A DNA stretch of 32,000 nt from Pyrodictium abyssi (GTDB taxonomy: Archaea > Thermoproteota > Thermoprotei_A > Sulfolobales > Pyrodictiaceae): positions 2,130,001-2,162,000 of the forward strand of contig NZ_AP028907.1 in the NCBI RefSeq assembly GCF_036323395.1, written 5' to 3'. A program made the position numbers and the translations under genes. Positions within the stretch are counted from its first letter, which is position 1. Each line of letters opens with the position of its first letter. The notes beneath the pieces are model-generated. The model was not told the origin of the DNA. It did not search any database and worked only from the letters and a program-made list of their open reading frames with translations. Shown in pieces: positions 23,101 to 31,982 of the stretch.

Positions 23101-23844
23101 ATGGTGGTCTACTGGCTGGGAGGCGTGGAGTGCAGGTCGTGCCTGGACGTAATCGGTGGGCATGCTAGTGTGCGCCGCTTCCGCCCCGAGCCCGTAGACC
23201 CCCGGGACCTCGAGAAGATACTGGAGGCTGCCCGCCGCGCCCCGACATCGTGGAACCTCCAGCCGCTCACAGTGACAGCCGTCACAGACCCAGAGCTCCG
23301 CAAGAAGCTAGCCGAGGCCGTGGGCGGCCAGGAGCACGTAGCGGAGGCCCCCGTCTTCCTAGTGTTTAGCGTAGACTACCATAAGCTGCTGGAGGCTGCG
23401 CGCGCGGTGGGCGTGGAGCCGGCAGACCCCGGCCTAGGCCACCTCGTGGTAGGCGCGCTAGACGCCGGGATAGCCTCCGGCTGGGCGGCCCTAGCCGCGG
23501 AGGAGCTCGGCTACGGCGTCGTATTCATAGCGCTCTACTCCAACCCGTGCCGCGTCGCCGACATCCTTGGGCTCCCCCGCCGCGTTATCCCGGTAGTCGG
23601 GCTATGCATAGGCAGGCCGGCTGAGCACCCGGAGCCGAGGCCCCGGCACCCCATGGAGGTGTTCGCTGCCGAGAACCGGTATCCCTCCCCCGAGGGCATG
23701 GCGGAGAAGGTGAGCAGCGTCTACGGGCAGAAGGCTGGCAAGCTATTCAGGTACGTGCTGGCCCCTAGCGGCTACTACGAGAGCGTTGGCGAGACCCTGC
23801 TCCGCTGCATGGAGGAGCGCGGCTACAAGACGCCGGCCAAGTAA
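23101..23844 (+). CDS. Nitroreductase family protein
   Basis: RRFRPEPVDPRDLEKILEAARRAPTSWNLQPLTVTAVTD and ALDAGIASGWAALAAEELGYGVVFIALYSN...LPRRVIPVVGLCIGRPAE. Confidence 0.9.
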   Translation: MVVYWLGGVECRSCLDVIGGHASVRRFRPEPVDPRDLEKILEAARRAPTSWNLQPLTVTAVTDPELRKKLAEAVGGQEHVAEAPVFLVFSVDYHKLLEAARAVGVEPADPGLGHLVVGALDAGIASGWAALAAEELGYGVVFIALYSNPCRVADILGLPRRVIPVVGLCIGRPAEHPEPRPRHPMEVFAAENRYPSPEGMAEKVSSVYGQKAGKLFRYVLAPSGYYESVGETLLRCMEERGYKTPAK

Positions 23845-23918
23845 ACACGGGCTTTTTTACAAGAGCTAATAACGCTTATTATCAGACCCCATGCGGGGGA
23901 CAACCTGGTGGAGTTTAC

Positions 23919-24806
23919 GTGGACAAGCGAGTCCTCGCAGGCGCGGCCGCCCTCGCAGCCCTCGCGGCACTCGCAGCCCTCTACATCCACGGGACAGGCA
24001 AGGCCCAGACGGGGGAAGCAGAGCTAACGGTCTACCTCTGCGCTGCCGCGAAGAAGCCCTGGCAGGAGCTCGTCGCCGAGTTCGAGCGCGAGACCGGGAT
24101 CCGGGTCAACGCCATATACGGGTCCTCCGGCAAGCTATACTCCACGATAGAGATGACCCGCCGCGGCGACGTCTTCGCCCCCGCATCGCCACAGTACATG
24201 GCCAAGGCGCTGGCTGAGGGCCTAGTGTACCCCGACACGGTGCGGCAGGTAGTCTACCTCCTACCCGAGATAATAGTCCCCAAGGGCAACCCGGCGGGCA
24301 TAGAGAAGCTAGAGGACCTCCTAAAGCCCGGCATACGCATAGCCATAGGCGACCCCGAGCACGTGGTCATAGGCCAGTACGCGGTGGAACTCTTCAAGCA
24401 CAACGGCATGTGGCCCAAGGTGCAGAAGAACATAGTCACCTACGCCGAGAACTTCGCCAAGCTGGCGACCCTCGTAGCAGCCGGCACAGTAGACGCCATC
24501 ATAGGCTGGCACGTCACATACTACTGGTACCCAGACCGCACCGAGATAGTCTGGCTCAAGCCGGGCCAGGTCCCCGAGGCAAGCTACATACCGATAGCGG
24601 TGCTAAAAACCAGCAAGAACCCAGAGGCGGCCAGGAAGTTCATCGAGTTCGTCACGGAGTCCGAGTACGCCAAGCGGGTGTGGAGCCGCTACCACTACCT
24701 CACGAGCCCAGAGGAGGTAGAGGAGAAGGCGCCAGGCGCCCGGATACCCAGCATCCAGGAGATAGCAGAGAAGCTAGCATCCGAGACAACGGCCTCCAGC
24801 GGCTAA
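23919..24806 (+). CDS. modA: Molybdate/tungstate ABC transporter substrate-binding protein
   Basis: Signal segment then ELTVYLCAAAKKPWQELVAEFERETGIRVNAIYGSSGKLYSTIEMTRRGDVFAPASPQYM; genetic linkage to permease and ATPase genes. GTG start. Confidence 0.88.
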   Translation: MDKRVLAGAAALAALAALAALYIHGTGKAQTGEAELTVYLCAAAKKPWQELVAEFERETGIRVNAIYGSSGKLYSTIEMTRRGDVFAPASPQYMAKALAEGLVYPDTVRQVVYLLPEIIVPKGNPAGIEKLEDLLKPGIRIAIGDPEHVVIGQYAVELFKHNGMWPKVQKNIVTYAENFAKLATLVAAGTVDAIIGWHVTYYWYPDRTEIVWLKPGQVPEASYIPIAVLKTSKNPEAARKFIEFVTESEYAKRVWSRYHYLTSPEEVEEKAPGARIPSIQEIAEKLASETTASSG

Positions 24807-24830
24807 GCACGCACCACCCCCTCTACCCGT

Positions 24831-25301
24831 TTACCCGCGGCGGGGCTCTATGCTGCGCAGCGCCTCGAGCACGTGCTCCACCTTTTCACGGGGGTAGGCC
24901 TCGAGGCCCCCATCCCTCCGGAGGACTATAGCCACCGGCTTGACCAGCCGGGAGCCCTCTGTGCAGCTCCGGAGTAGGCCCCGAAGGAGTATGTATAGCT
25001 CGGGCCGACCCCAGCGCAGCCTTACCCCGTGCGCGTCAGCCTCCTTGATGACTCTCTCCACCAGCTCGTCGAGTATAGCCCCCTCGTCGGCCTCGACGAG
25101 TATGCCTGTGGCTAGTGTGTAGGCTGCTAGTGTCTCCCACGCGGCCTCAACGTTGGCCACCGCGCGGCGGTACGTCGCGGCAGCGTCCTGCCTAGTGGTG
25201 CCTAGCCGCCGCGCTATCTCGGAGAACCCGAGCCCGTGGCTATCGTGGAGCGCTAGCACGGTTAGCTGCTTGTCTGTGAGCAGCCCGAAGCGCCGGGCCA
25301 C
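24831..25301 (-). CDS. tfx: Tfx family DNA-binding transcriptional regulator
   Basis: FGLLTDKQLTVLALHDSHGLGFSEIARRLGTTRQDAAATYRRAVANVEAA resembles the Tfx HTH; GTG start. Confidence 0.75.
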   Translation of the reverse strand: MARRFGLLTDKQLTVLALHDSHGLGFSEIARRLGTTRQDAAATYRRAVANVEAAWETLAAYTLATGILVEADEGAILDELVERVIKEADAHGVRLRWGRPELYILLRGLLRSCTEGSRLVKPVAIVLRRDGGLEAYPREKVEHVLEALRSIEPRRG

Positions 25302-25305
25302 GGCT

Positions 25306-25391
25306 CACACTCTATGTAAAGCTAGTCTTGTTTACACATGCTTTAAATCTCATGCAGAGGTGGTAAGTATGCCAGCTTTACATAGGGTGTG
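25306..25391. promoter_or_regulatory. Bidirectional tfx/modB promoter with 18-bp inverted repeat arms
   Basis: CACACTCTATGTAAAGCT (25306-25323) versus AGCTTTACATAGGGTGTG (25374-25391): 17/18 inverted match; TTTAAA at 25342-25347 between them. Confidence 0.7.
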
Positions 25392-26177
25392 GCTCGGGGC
25401 TGCGCCATGGGCGCGGACAGCGTGGCTCTACGCCTGCCAGCGGTCGGCCTCGTACTAGTGTTCGCCGCGGTCCTAGCCTCGATATTCGCCTGGAGCAGCC
25501 CCTCGGGGGTCGCCAGGGCTCTAGCCTCGAGCGAGACGCTCTTCGCCATAGGCCTGAGCCTCGCTACAGCCCTCGCCGCGGCGGGGCTTGCCCTGGTCCT
25601 CGGCGTGCCAGTCGCCTACGCTATGGCCAGGGGCCTGCTGCCCGGCGGCCGCGTCGCGGAGACGCTGCTCCTCATACCCTTCGGCATGCCGCCGGTGGCG
25701 GTGGGTGCGGCTCTCCTCATATTCTTCACCAATACGCCGCCGGGTAGCCTCCTCGACGAGCTGCTGCGCGTAGTCTTCACGCCCCGGGGCCTAGTCGTGG
25801 CACAGTTCTTCGTAGTGTACCCCATGGCTCTGCGCGTCCTCAAGACCAGCTTCGCCTCTGTGGACCCCAGGTACGAGGCCGTGGCCCGTACCCTCGGCTA
25901 CACGAGGCTCCAGACGCTGCTCCGCGTAACCCTGCCCATGGCTAGGCGCGGCGTCCTCTCAGCATTCCTGCTCTCCTTCATACGCGCGCTGGGCGAGTTC
26001 GGCGCCTCGGTAACCCTAGCGGGTGCCGTCAGGTTCAAGACAGAGACCCTGCCCATAGCTATCTACCTCTCCATAAGCGGCGGCGACCTGGACCTAGCCG
26101 TGGCGCTGATGACGGTCTCCGTCCTGGTGGCCGGGGCCTCGGTAGCCGCCCTACTATCCCTCGAGAAGAAGGGGTAG
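25389..26177 (+). CDS. modB: Molybdate/tungstate ABC transporter permease
   Basis: Six hydrophobic segments and EAVARTLGYTRLQTLLRVTLPMARRGVLSAFLLSFIRALGEFGASVTLAG (EAA loop); alternative ATG at 25407. Confidence 0.9.
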   Translation: MARGCAMGADSVALRLPAVGLVLVFAAVLASIFAWSSPSGVARALASSETLFAIGLSLATALAAAGLALVLGVPVAYAMARGLLPGGRVAETLLLIPFGMPPVAVGAALLIFFTNTPPGSLLDELLRVVFTPRGLVVAQFFVVYPMALRVLKTSFASVDPRYEAVARTLGYTRLQTLLRVTLPMARRGVLSAFLLSFIRALGEFGASVTLAGAVRFKTETLPIAIYLSISGGDLDLAVALMTVSVLVAGASVAALLSLEKKG

Positions 26178-26207
26178 CAGCCCCCGGGGCCCGGAGGCGG
26201 TGGCGCG

Positions 26208-27311
26208 TTGACGCTGGCTCTCCGCGTCGAGGACCTCTGGGTAGAACGCGGCGGCCGGACAGTACTCCAGGGCGTGAGCCTGGGCGCCGAGAAGGCCTCA
26301 GTCCTGGTAGTGCTCGGCCCCAACGGCGCCGGGAAGACCACGCTGCTGAACACTATAGCGGGCCTCCTGGAGCCCAGCCGCGGCCTAGTAGAGATCATGG
26401 GCGAGACCGTCTACGCGAGCGGCCCGCCCCGAGTCAACGTGCCGCCGGAGCGGCGCGGCGTAGCACTCGTGCCCCAGGAGTACGCGCTCTTCCCCCACAT
26501 GACCGTCTACGAGAACATCGCCTTCGGGCTCCGCGCCCGCCGGCTCCCCGAGGAGGAGATAAGGGCCCGCGTACGCGAGATGGCGGAGCTCCTCGGCCTC
26601 ACCGGGCTCCTCGACCGGCACCCGGGCCAGCTCAGTGGCGGCCAGCGGCAGCGCGTAGCACTGGCGAGGGCCCTCGCCGTGGAGCCCAAGCTCCTCCTCA
26701 TGGACGAGCCGTTCAGCGCCATGGATGCTCCTAGCAGGGAGCGGCTCCGCACCGAGCTACGGGGTATACTCCGCCGGCTCCGCGTCACCACGGTGATGGT
26801 TACACACAGCTTCGCGGACGCTTGGAGCATCGGCGACCGGATAGCGATACTCCGCGGCGGCCGCCTGGTAGCTGACGCGCCGCCAGGCGAGCTAGCCACC
26901 AGGCCCCTACGCTACGGCGCGGCCGAGTTCCTAGGCTACACTGTGCTAGAGGCCCGAGTGCTAGAGACCAGGGGGGACACAGTAGTGCTCGAGGTCGAGG
27001 GCCTAGGCCGGCTAGAAGCCAAAGCCGATGCAGCTCTGGAGCCCGGGGCCCGCGCCCGGGTAGCCATAAGGCCTGACGACATAGTGGTCTCAGGGAAGCC
27101 CGTAGCCCGGGTTAACACCTACGCTGCCCGCGTAGCCGAGGCCCTCGTCACCCGCTACGGCGTACGCCTACGCCTCGAAGCAGGCAGCGTCACGCTCCAG
27201 GTAGAGCAGGCCAGAGGCCCACTACTAGCAACGCTAGGCCGCCTACCAGGGCCCGGGGACACCCTCTACATCCACATACCGCCAGACCTGGTAGACGTGG
27301 CGCCGAGCTAG
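26208..27311 (+). CDS. modC: Molybdate/tungstate ABC transporter ATP-binding protein
   Basis: GPNGAGKTTLL, LSGGQRQRVALARALAVEPKLLLMDEPFSAMD, VTHS, C-terminal TOBE/MOP-like domain. Confidence 0.92.
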   Translation: MTLALRVEDLWVERGGRTVLQGVSLGAEKASVLVVLGPNGAGKTTLLNTIAGLLEPSRGLVEIMGETVYASGPPRVNVPPERRGVALVPQEYALFPHMTVYENIAFGLRARRLPEEEIRARVREMAELLGLTGLLDRHPGQLSGGQRQRVALARALAVEPKLLLMDEPFSAMDAPSRERLRTELRGILRRLRVTTVMVTHSFADAWSIGDRIAILRGGRLVADAPPGELATRPLRYGAAEFLGYTVLEARVLETRGDTVVLEVEGLGRLEAKADAALEPGARARVAIRPDDIVVSGKPVARVNTYAARVAEALVTRYGVRLRLEAGSVTLQVEQARGPLLATLGRLPGPGDTLYIHIPPDLVDVAPS

Positions 27312-27389
27312 GCGGCTTCGATAGCTTAAACCTTAATGAGGCTCTACGCATTTCCAACAAGCCTATAGACGGGCAGGTGTCTAGCGGAC

Positions 27390-28001
27390 TTGGCGCAGTT
27401 TGCTCGTGCACTGGAGAAGCCGCTACCAAAGCCCGAGAAGAACCTAGTAGGCTACGCCTCTGCCCGTGTCCTGGAGGCCCTGCTAGAGGGTATACTCGCT
27501 CTCGAGTTCCTCAAGCAGGGTTACACGAGGAGCGCCGCCGGGAAGGCGTTCCAGGCCTGGAGAGCACTGACGGCGGCGATACTAGCCCTAGAGAAGGAGA
27601 AGCTGGAGAAGCATATGGAGAGGAATGAGCAGAGGAGATGGCTAGAGGAGGTAGCGATACCCCGGGTACCCAGTAGCAAGCTTAAGCCGCTGTCTAGGCT
27701 CGTGGAGAAGAGTGGCTACAGCTACTTCTCCCTCTACACCGACCGGGCGCTTGACCTCCACGACTACCAGCTCCACGGCCCGGACCCCTCCGGGGAGCTG
27801 AGCAAGTACCCTAGCGAGAGCGACGCGGTAGAAGACATCCTGTCACTGCTGCAGGAGCTGCTACGCATAGTAACTGCCAGAGCCAAGCCTAGCCTAGAAA
27901 AGGCAAAAGCCTGGTCTAAGAGCCATGACGAGGCGGCTAGGCAGCTAGAGGAGAAACTAGCAAAGATACTCCAAAGTCATACGGGGAGTTCCGGAGCATG
28001 A
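27390..28001 (+). CDS. PaREP1 family protein
   Basis: ASARVLEALLEGILALEFLKQGYTRSAAGKAFQAWRALTAAILALEKEKL is typical of PaREP1/PaREP8 (HEPN-like) proteins. Confidence 0.7.
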   Translation: MAQFARALEKPLPKPEKNLVGYASARVLEALLEGILALEFLKQGYTRSAAGKAFQAWRALTAAILALEKEKLEKHMERNEQRRWLEEVAIPRVPSSKLKPLSRLVEKSGYSYFSLYTDRALDLHDYQLHGPDPSGELSKYPSESDAVEDILSLLQELLRIVTARAKPSLEKAKAWSKSHDEAARQLEEKLAKILQSHTGSSGA

Positions 28002-28113
28002 CCCCGGGCCAGCAGCCGTTCGGAGGGGCTGCTGGCGTCTTCTGGGGCTGTGCCCCCGGCGGCCGTATTTTGGCCCCCGGGCCCGGGGGACCAGGCCCGG
28101 GGGTTCTGGCGGC

Positions 28114-28725
28114 TTGAGCGGCAAAGTGGCGCCCTGGATCCCGACGCCGGTCAGCGTTGTGTACGCTGCCCTGGAGGCTGCGTGGGCTGGGCCCTGCGAC
28201 GTTGTCTACGACCTGGGCTCCGGCGACGGCCGGGCAGTGGTGATAGCCGCTAGGGACTTCTGCGTGGAGAAGGCTGTCGGCGTGGAGCTCGACCCGGCGC
28301 TCGTGGAGCTCTCCAAGGCCAAGGCGAGGATGGACGGTGTAGCCGGCCGCGTAGAGATAGTCGAGGACGACTTCTTCAGGGTGAGCATCCGCGGGGCCAC
28401 GCTCGTCTACATCTACCTGTACATGAGCATCAACGAGAAGCTGAGGCCTAAGCTAGAGGAGGAGCTGAGGCCCGGCGCCCGGGTGGTTACGATAGACTTC
28501 CCTGTGCCAGGCTGGACGCCGGTCTACACCCGGAGGCTCCGCGACGAGAACGACATACTCCGCACAGTACACGTCTACGTGATAGGCGTCAGCGACCAGC
28601 GCTGGACGAGGCTAGGCACACGGCTAGAGGAGCCCGGCCCCGAGCTGGAAGCCCTGGTACACTGCACCCGGGACCCGCCGCCCGGCTGTAGGCCTCGCCG
28701 CGGCCCCCGAGCGGGCAGCGGGTAG
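28114..28725 (+). CDS. Class I SAM-dependent methyltransferase
   Basis: CDVVYDLGSGDGRAVVIAARDFCVEKAVGVELDPALVELSKAKA, TRDPPP tail; start uncertain. Confidence 0.75.
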   Translation: MSGKVAPWIPTPVSVVYAALEAAWAGPCDVVYDLGSGDGRAVVIAARDFCVEKAVGVELDPALVELSKAKARMDGVAGRVEIVEDDFFRVSIRGATLVYIYLYMSINEKLRPKLEEELRPGARVVTIDFPVPGWTPVYTRRLRDENDILRTVHVYVIGVSDQRWTRLGTRLEEPGPELEALVHCTRDPPPGCRPRRGPRAGSG

Positions 28726-28793
28726 CCGCCCGTAGCCCCCGGGCCCCTAGGGATAATCCCCTGCAGCGGCTCTAGCTGGCCCCTGGGGCGGCG

Positions 28794-29849
28794 GTGTTGA
28801 GGGTCGAGGAGAGGCTGGGGCTCCGCAGGCTAGCCGGGTGGGGCCGCCGCCGGGTCTACATAGTGGAGGAGCCGCTCCCCCTCATGGGGGTCATCCAGTT
28901 CGGCGTCATAGACCGCGGGACCAACGTGCTCCAGGTCCGGCCCACCACGGTCTGCCCCCTCTCCTGCGTGTTCTGCAGCGTCGACGCGGGCCCCGGGAGC
29001 CGGTGGAGACAGGCAGAGTACATCGTGGAGCCCCGGTGGCTAGCCCAGTGGGTCGAGGAGGCGGCCAGAGAGAAGGGCGTCTCGGTCGAGGCCCTGATAG
29101 ACGGTGTCGGGGACCCGTTCTCCTACCCCTGGCTCCCCAGGCTCGTCCGTCTCCTCAAGGAGACCGGCGTGGTGGCGAGCGTCGCCGCGGAGACCCACGG
29201 CGGGACCCTCACCCGGGAGCTGGTGGACCGGCTGGAGGAGGCCGGTCTCGACCGGGTCAACCTCAGCATAGAGTCGCTGGACCCCGAGAAGGCCCGGAGA
29301 CTCGCCGGGGCGCCATGGTACGACGTGGAGCGTGTCAGGAAGGTAGCCGAGTACATCGCCAGGGAGACTAGCATAGACCTCCACGTCACCCCGGTCTGGC
29401 TCCCCGGCGTCAACGACAAGGACATCGTGGAGATAATCGAGTGGGCGTACCGGATAGGCGCGGGGAAGCGCTGGCCACCAGTCACCGTGCAGAAGTACAT
29501 AGCGCACCGCCACGGCCGCAGGCCGCCCGGCGTGAGGGAGCCCAGCTGGGACGAGTACTGGGAGTGGATACGCGAGCTAGAGAAGAGGACCGGCCGGAGG
29601 CTCACATGGAGCATGGAGGAGTGGGGTATGCGCTACGCGCCCCGGGTCCGCCAGCCGCTCCGCAGGGGCCAGGTGGCGAAGCTCCAGGTCGTGGGCCCGG
29701 GCTGGCTCCGCGGCGAGCAGCTCGCGGCGACGCTTGACCGGCGCCGGCTCGTCACACTGGTCGGCGCGAGGGGGCTCGAGCCCGGCGACCTAGTGCTGGC
29801 GAGGATCACGAGGGACCGCGACGGGATATTCATAGCAAGGGTAGCCTAG
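28794..29849 (+). CDS. Radical SAM protein (COG2100-like Fe-S oxidoreductase) with TRAM-like C-terminus
   Basis: TTVCPLSCVFCSVDAG (CxxxCxxC), HVTPVWLPGVNDKD, C-terminal GWLRGEQLAATLDRRRLVTLVGARGLEPGDLVLARITRDRDGIFIARV. Confidence 0.82.
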   Translation: MLRVEERLGLRRLAGWGRRRVYIVEEPLPLMGVIQFGVIDRGTNVLQVRPTTVCPLSCVFCSVDAGPGSRWRQAEYIVEPRWLAQWVEEAAREKGVSVEALIDGVGDPFSYPWLPRLVRLLKETGVVASVAAETHGGTLTRELVDRLEEAGLDRVNLSIESLDPEKARRLAGAPWYDVERVRKVAEYIARETSIDLHVTPVWLPGVNDKDIVEIIEWAYRIGAGKRWPPVTVQKYIAHRHGRRPPGVREPSWDEYWEWIRELEKRTGRRLTWSMEEWGMRYAPRVRQPLRRGQVAKLQVVGPGWLRGEQLAATLDRRRLVTLVGARGLEPGDLVLARITRDRDGIFIARVA

Positions 29850-30465
29850 CCCCACCGCCCATCTTCACGGCTATGAGGAGGCCGAACCGGGTCGGCACCG
29901 TCGTGGACTTCCAGGGCCAGCGCCGCACGTTCTCGAAGAACGCGTCCGGGGGGCGCGGCTGGTACGCGTTGTGGAAGACCGCTACCCCGCCGTGGCGGAG
30001 CTTGTCCTCCAGCGTGCGGAGCACCAGGGGGTAGAGACCCTTCTCCACGTCCACGAAGGCTATGTCTAGGCTCTCGTCCGGGAGCCCCATGAGGTACTCC
30101 ACGGCGTCCGCGCGGACGGCCTCAAGCTCTATGTTGCGGAGCTCAGCCTCCTCGAGGACCATCCGTAGCCGGTGGTACCGCGGCTCCTCCTTCTCCACGG
30201 CGACGACCCGGCAGCGGCCTATACACGCCTCGTCTATCCCGCGGGCTAGCCAGAGCGTCGAGAACCCTATCCCCGCCCCCAGGTCCACGGCGAGTATGTC
30301 CCGCTCGCTGCTACTATGCATTGTGGTGTACAGGTAGCCTATCGCGTAGAGCGCGGCCCCGTCCTCGCGCTGGATAGGCGTCAGCCCTATACGCGTAGAC
30401 TCGTCCTCCACCCTGTAGAGGAGCTCGACGAAGTAGTCCTCGCCGCCCCCGAACGGTAGCATCAC
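29830..30465 (-). CDS. SAM-dependent O-methyltransferase-like protein
   Basis: ILAVDLGAGIGFSTLWLARGI...VVAVEKEEPRYHRLRMVLEEAEL...LDIAFVDVEKGLYPLVLRTLEDKLRHGGVAVFHN. Confidence 0.8.
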   Translation of the reverse strand: MMLPFGGGEDYFVELLYRVEDESTRIGLTPIQREDGAALYAIGYLYTTMHSSSERDILAVDLGAGIGFSTLWLARGIDEACIGRCRVVAVEKEEPRYHRLRMVLEEAELRNIELEAVRADAVEYLMGLPDESLDIAFVDVEKGLYPLVLRTLEDKLRHGGVAVFHNAYQPRPPDAFFENVRRWPWKSTTVPTRFGLLIAVKMGGGARLPLL

Positions 30466-30852
30466 AGTGCCCCGGCCTCGCTAGCAGGTTCTCGCCCGGG
30501 AGCCCCTTGGCCCCTGGTGTAGGAGGCGGGGAGCCAGCCCCCGAGAAGCTAGGCGGCGGGGCCCAGGTTAAGAAGGTTATAGAACATGCATGGGGTGTTG
30601 CTGCAGGCGTAGAGGAGATAAGGATGTGGCCCGGGAGGGCGTGGGAGAGCCCGTATACCGGGGTCTAACCCTAGCCACGTGTACGGGCCGCGGGTCTGCC
30701 CCCGCTCCGCCGCCAGCATCCGGGGCACCCCCGGGCGATGGGCGGTACCCCTCCGGGTTCCCCCGCGGCCCACAACGCGCATAGCGCGGCTCTACGTCAG
30801 CGTTATAGAGGGGGCTCCAGTGGACCCGCTTTAACCCGGGTAAAACGGGGCC

Positions 30853-31626
30853 TTGGTGGAGCTAGCGCCGGGCGTCGAGACTGTAGCGGACCTGCCGGCG
30901 GCGTACATACGGAGGCTACGCGCACTAGTCCTGGCGGACACGCACCTGGGCTTCGAGGAGGAGGCGGCCCAGCAGGGCCTCTACGTGCCCAGGATACAGC
31001 TGCTACGCACCATGGAGGTGCTCCGCCAGGGCCTAGACCTCACCGGCGCCGACTGGGTGATACTAGCCGGCGACGTGAAGCACAGCTTCTCCAGGCTCCT
31101 CCGCAGCGAGCGCGAGGAGCTGTCCCGGGTCTTCCAGTACCTGGTCAGGGAGAGGAGCGTACGGGTCACCGTGGTCCGGGGCAACCACGACAACTACCTC
31201 CCAATAGTTGCCAAGGACTACGGGGTAGAGATAGTCCAGGAGCTCTACGAGAAAGGTGTGCTCGTCACCCACGGGCACAGGAAGCCCCAGGGCGGCTACC
31301 CCGGCAGAGTAGAGGTCGTGGTGATAGGCCACGAGCACCCCAGCTTAAGGCTACGCGACCGCCTAGGCTACGTGGCGAAGCTCCCCGCCTTCCTCTCAGC
31401 GCCCTACCCGGCTCTCCAGGCGCGCCTCGTAGTCCTCCCAGCCGTGGGCCAGTACCAGACTGGCACCACGATATCCCTCAGCCCCGACACCTACCTCTCC
31501 CCGATACTCCGCGAAGAGGTCCCCCTGGCCGAGGTCAAGCCCTACGTGCTCGCCGAGGAGCTAGGCGTGCTCGAGTTCCCCGAGCTAGCGCTCCTGGAGG
31601 ACCTCCTAGACCAGGTAGAGCTCTAG
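30853..31626 (+). CDS. Metallophosphoesterase (COG1407/ICC-like)
   Basis: LVLADTHLGFEEEA, ILAGDVKHSF, VRGNHDNY, VTHGHRKP, VIGHEHP; GTG start. Confidence 0.9.
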   Translation: MVELAPGVETVADLPAAYIRRLRALVLADTHLGFEEEAAQQGLYVPRIQLLRTMEVLRQGLDLTGADWVILAGDVKHSFSRLLRSEREELSRVFQYLVRERSVRVTVVRGNHDNYLPIVAKDYGVEIVQELYEKGVLVTHGHRKPQGGYPGRVEVVVIGHEHPSLRLRDRLGYVAKLPAFLSAPYPALQARLVVLPAVGQYQTGTTISLSPDTYLSPILREEVPLAEVKPYVLAEELGVLEFPELALLEDLLDQVEL

Positions 31627-31733
31627 CCGCAGCCCCGGGGGTGATGAGCAGGCCGGCTAGCCCCCGGCCCCCACCGAACCCCCGCCAGCCCCCAAGGGGA
31701 TGTGGCTGCCGCGGTTTACTGACCCCCCGGGGC

Positions 31734-31982
31734 CTAGGCGTGCTCGAGTATGTCCGCTGCCTGGGGGAGCAGGTGCCAGTCGAGGCAGCCACGGAGCCGG
31801 AGCACGTCAGCAGCCTGCCGTAGCAGCGCAGCAGCATACTCCGCGTCCTCCGGGCCACCAGCGCCCGACGCCAGGTCCTCGATTAGTCTCAGCGCCTCCC
31901 CGAGCTCCGGCGTAGAGCCGCAGGAGAGCTCCACAGCTCGGGCCACCGCGTAGGCCTCCTCGAGAGCGCGCCGGTACACCAT
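31734..31982 (-). CDS. Hypothetical protein
   Basis: 82-aa alpha-helical ORF near window edge; no recognised domain. Confidence 0.35.
   Translation of the reverse strand: MVYRRALEEAYAVARAVELSCGSTPELGEALRLIEDLASGAGGPEDAEYAAALLRQAADVLRLRGCLDWHLLPQAADILEHA

Noticed and set aside
27390-28001. PaREP1 gene as a mobile element
   Set aside because: PaREP families are multi-copy in some Pyrobaculum genomes, but no terminal repeats or transposase are seen here; treated as an ordinary protein-coding gene.
28838-29371. 177-aa and nearby ORFs inside the radical SAM gene
   Set aside because: Out-of-frame shadow ORFs rich in Arg/Gly/Pro; radical SAM frame is clearly the coding one.
31638-31715. Possible C/D box sRNA (GTGATGA ... 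CTGA)
   Set aside because: Box C and a distant CTGA are present but no convincing D'/C' pair or spacing; insufficient evidence.
30738-31823. 361-aa + strand ORF overlapping the metallophosphoesterase
   Set aside because: Pro/Arg/Gly-rich frame-shadow of the real phosphoesterase gene in another frame; no domain motifs.
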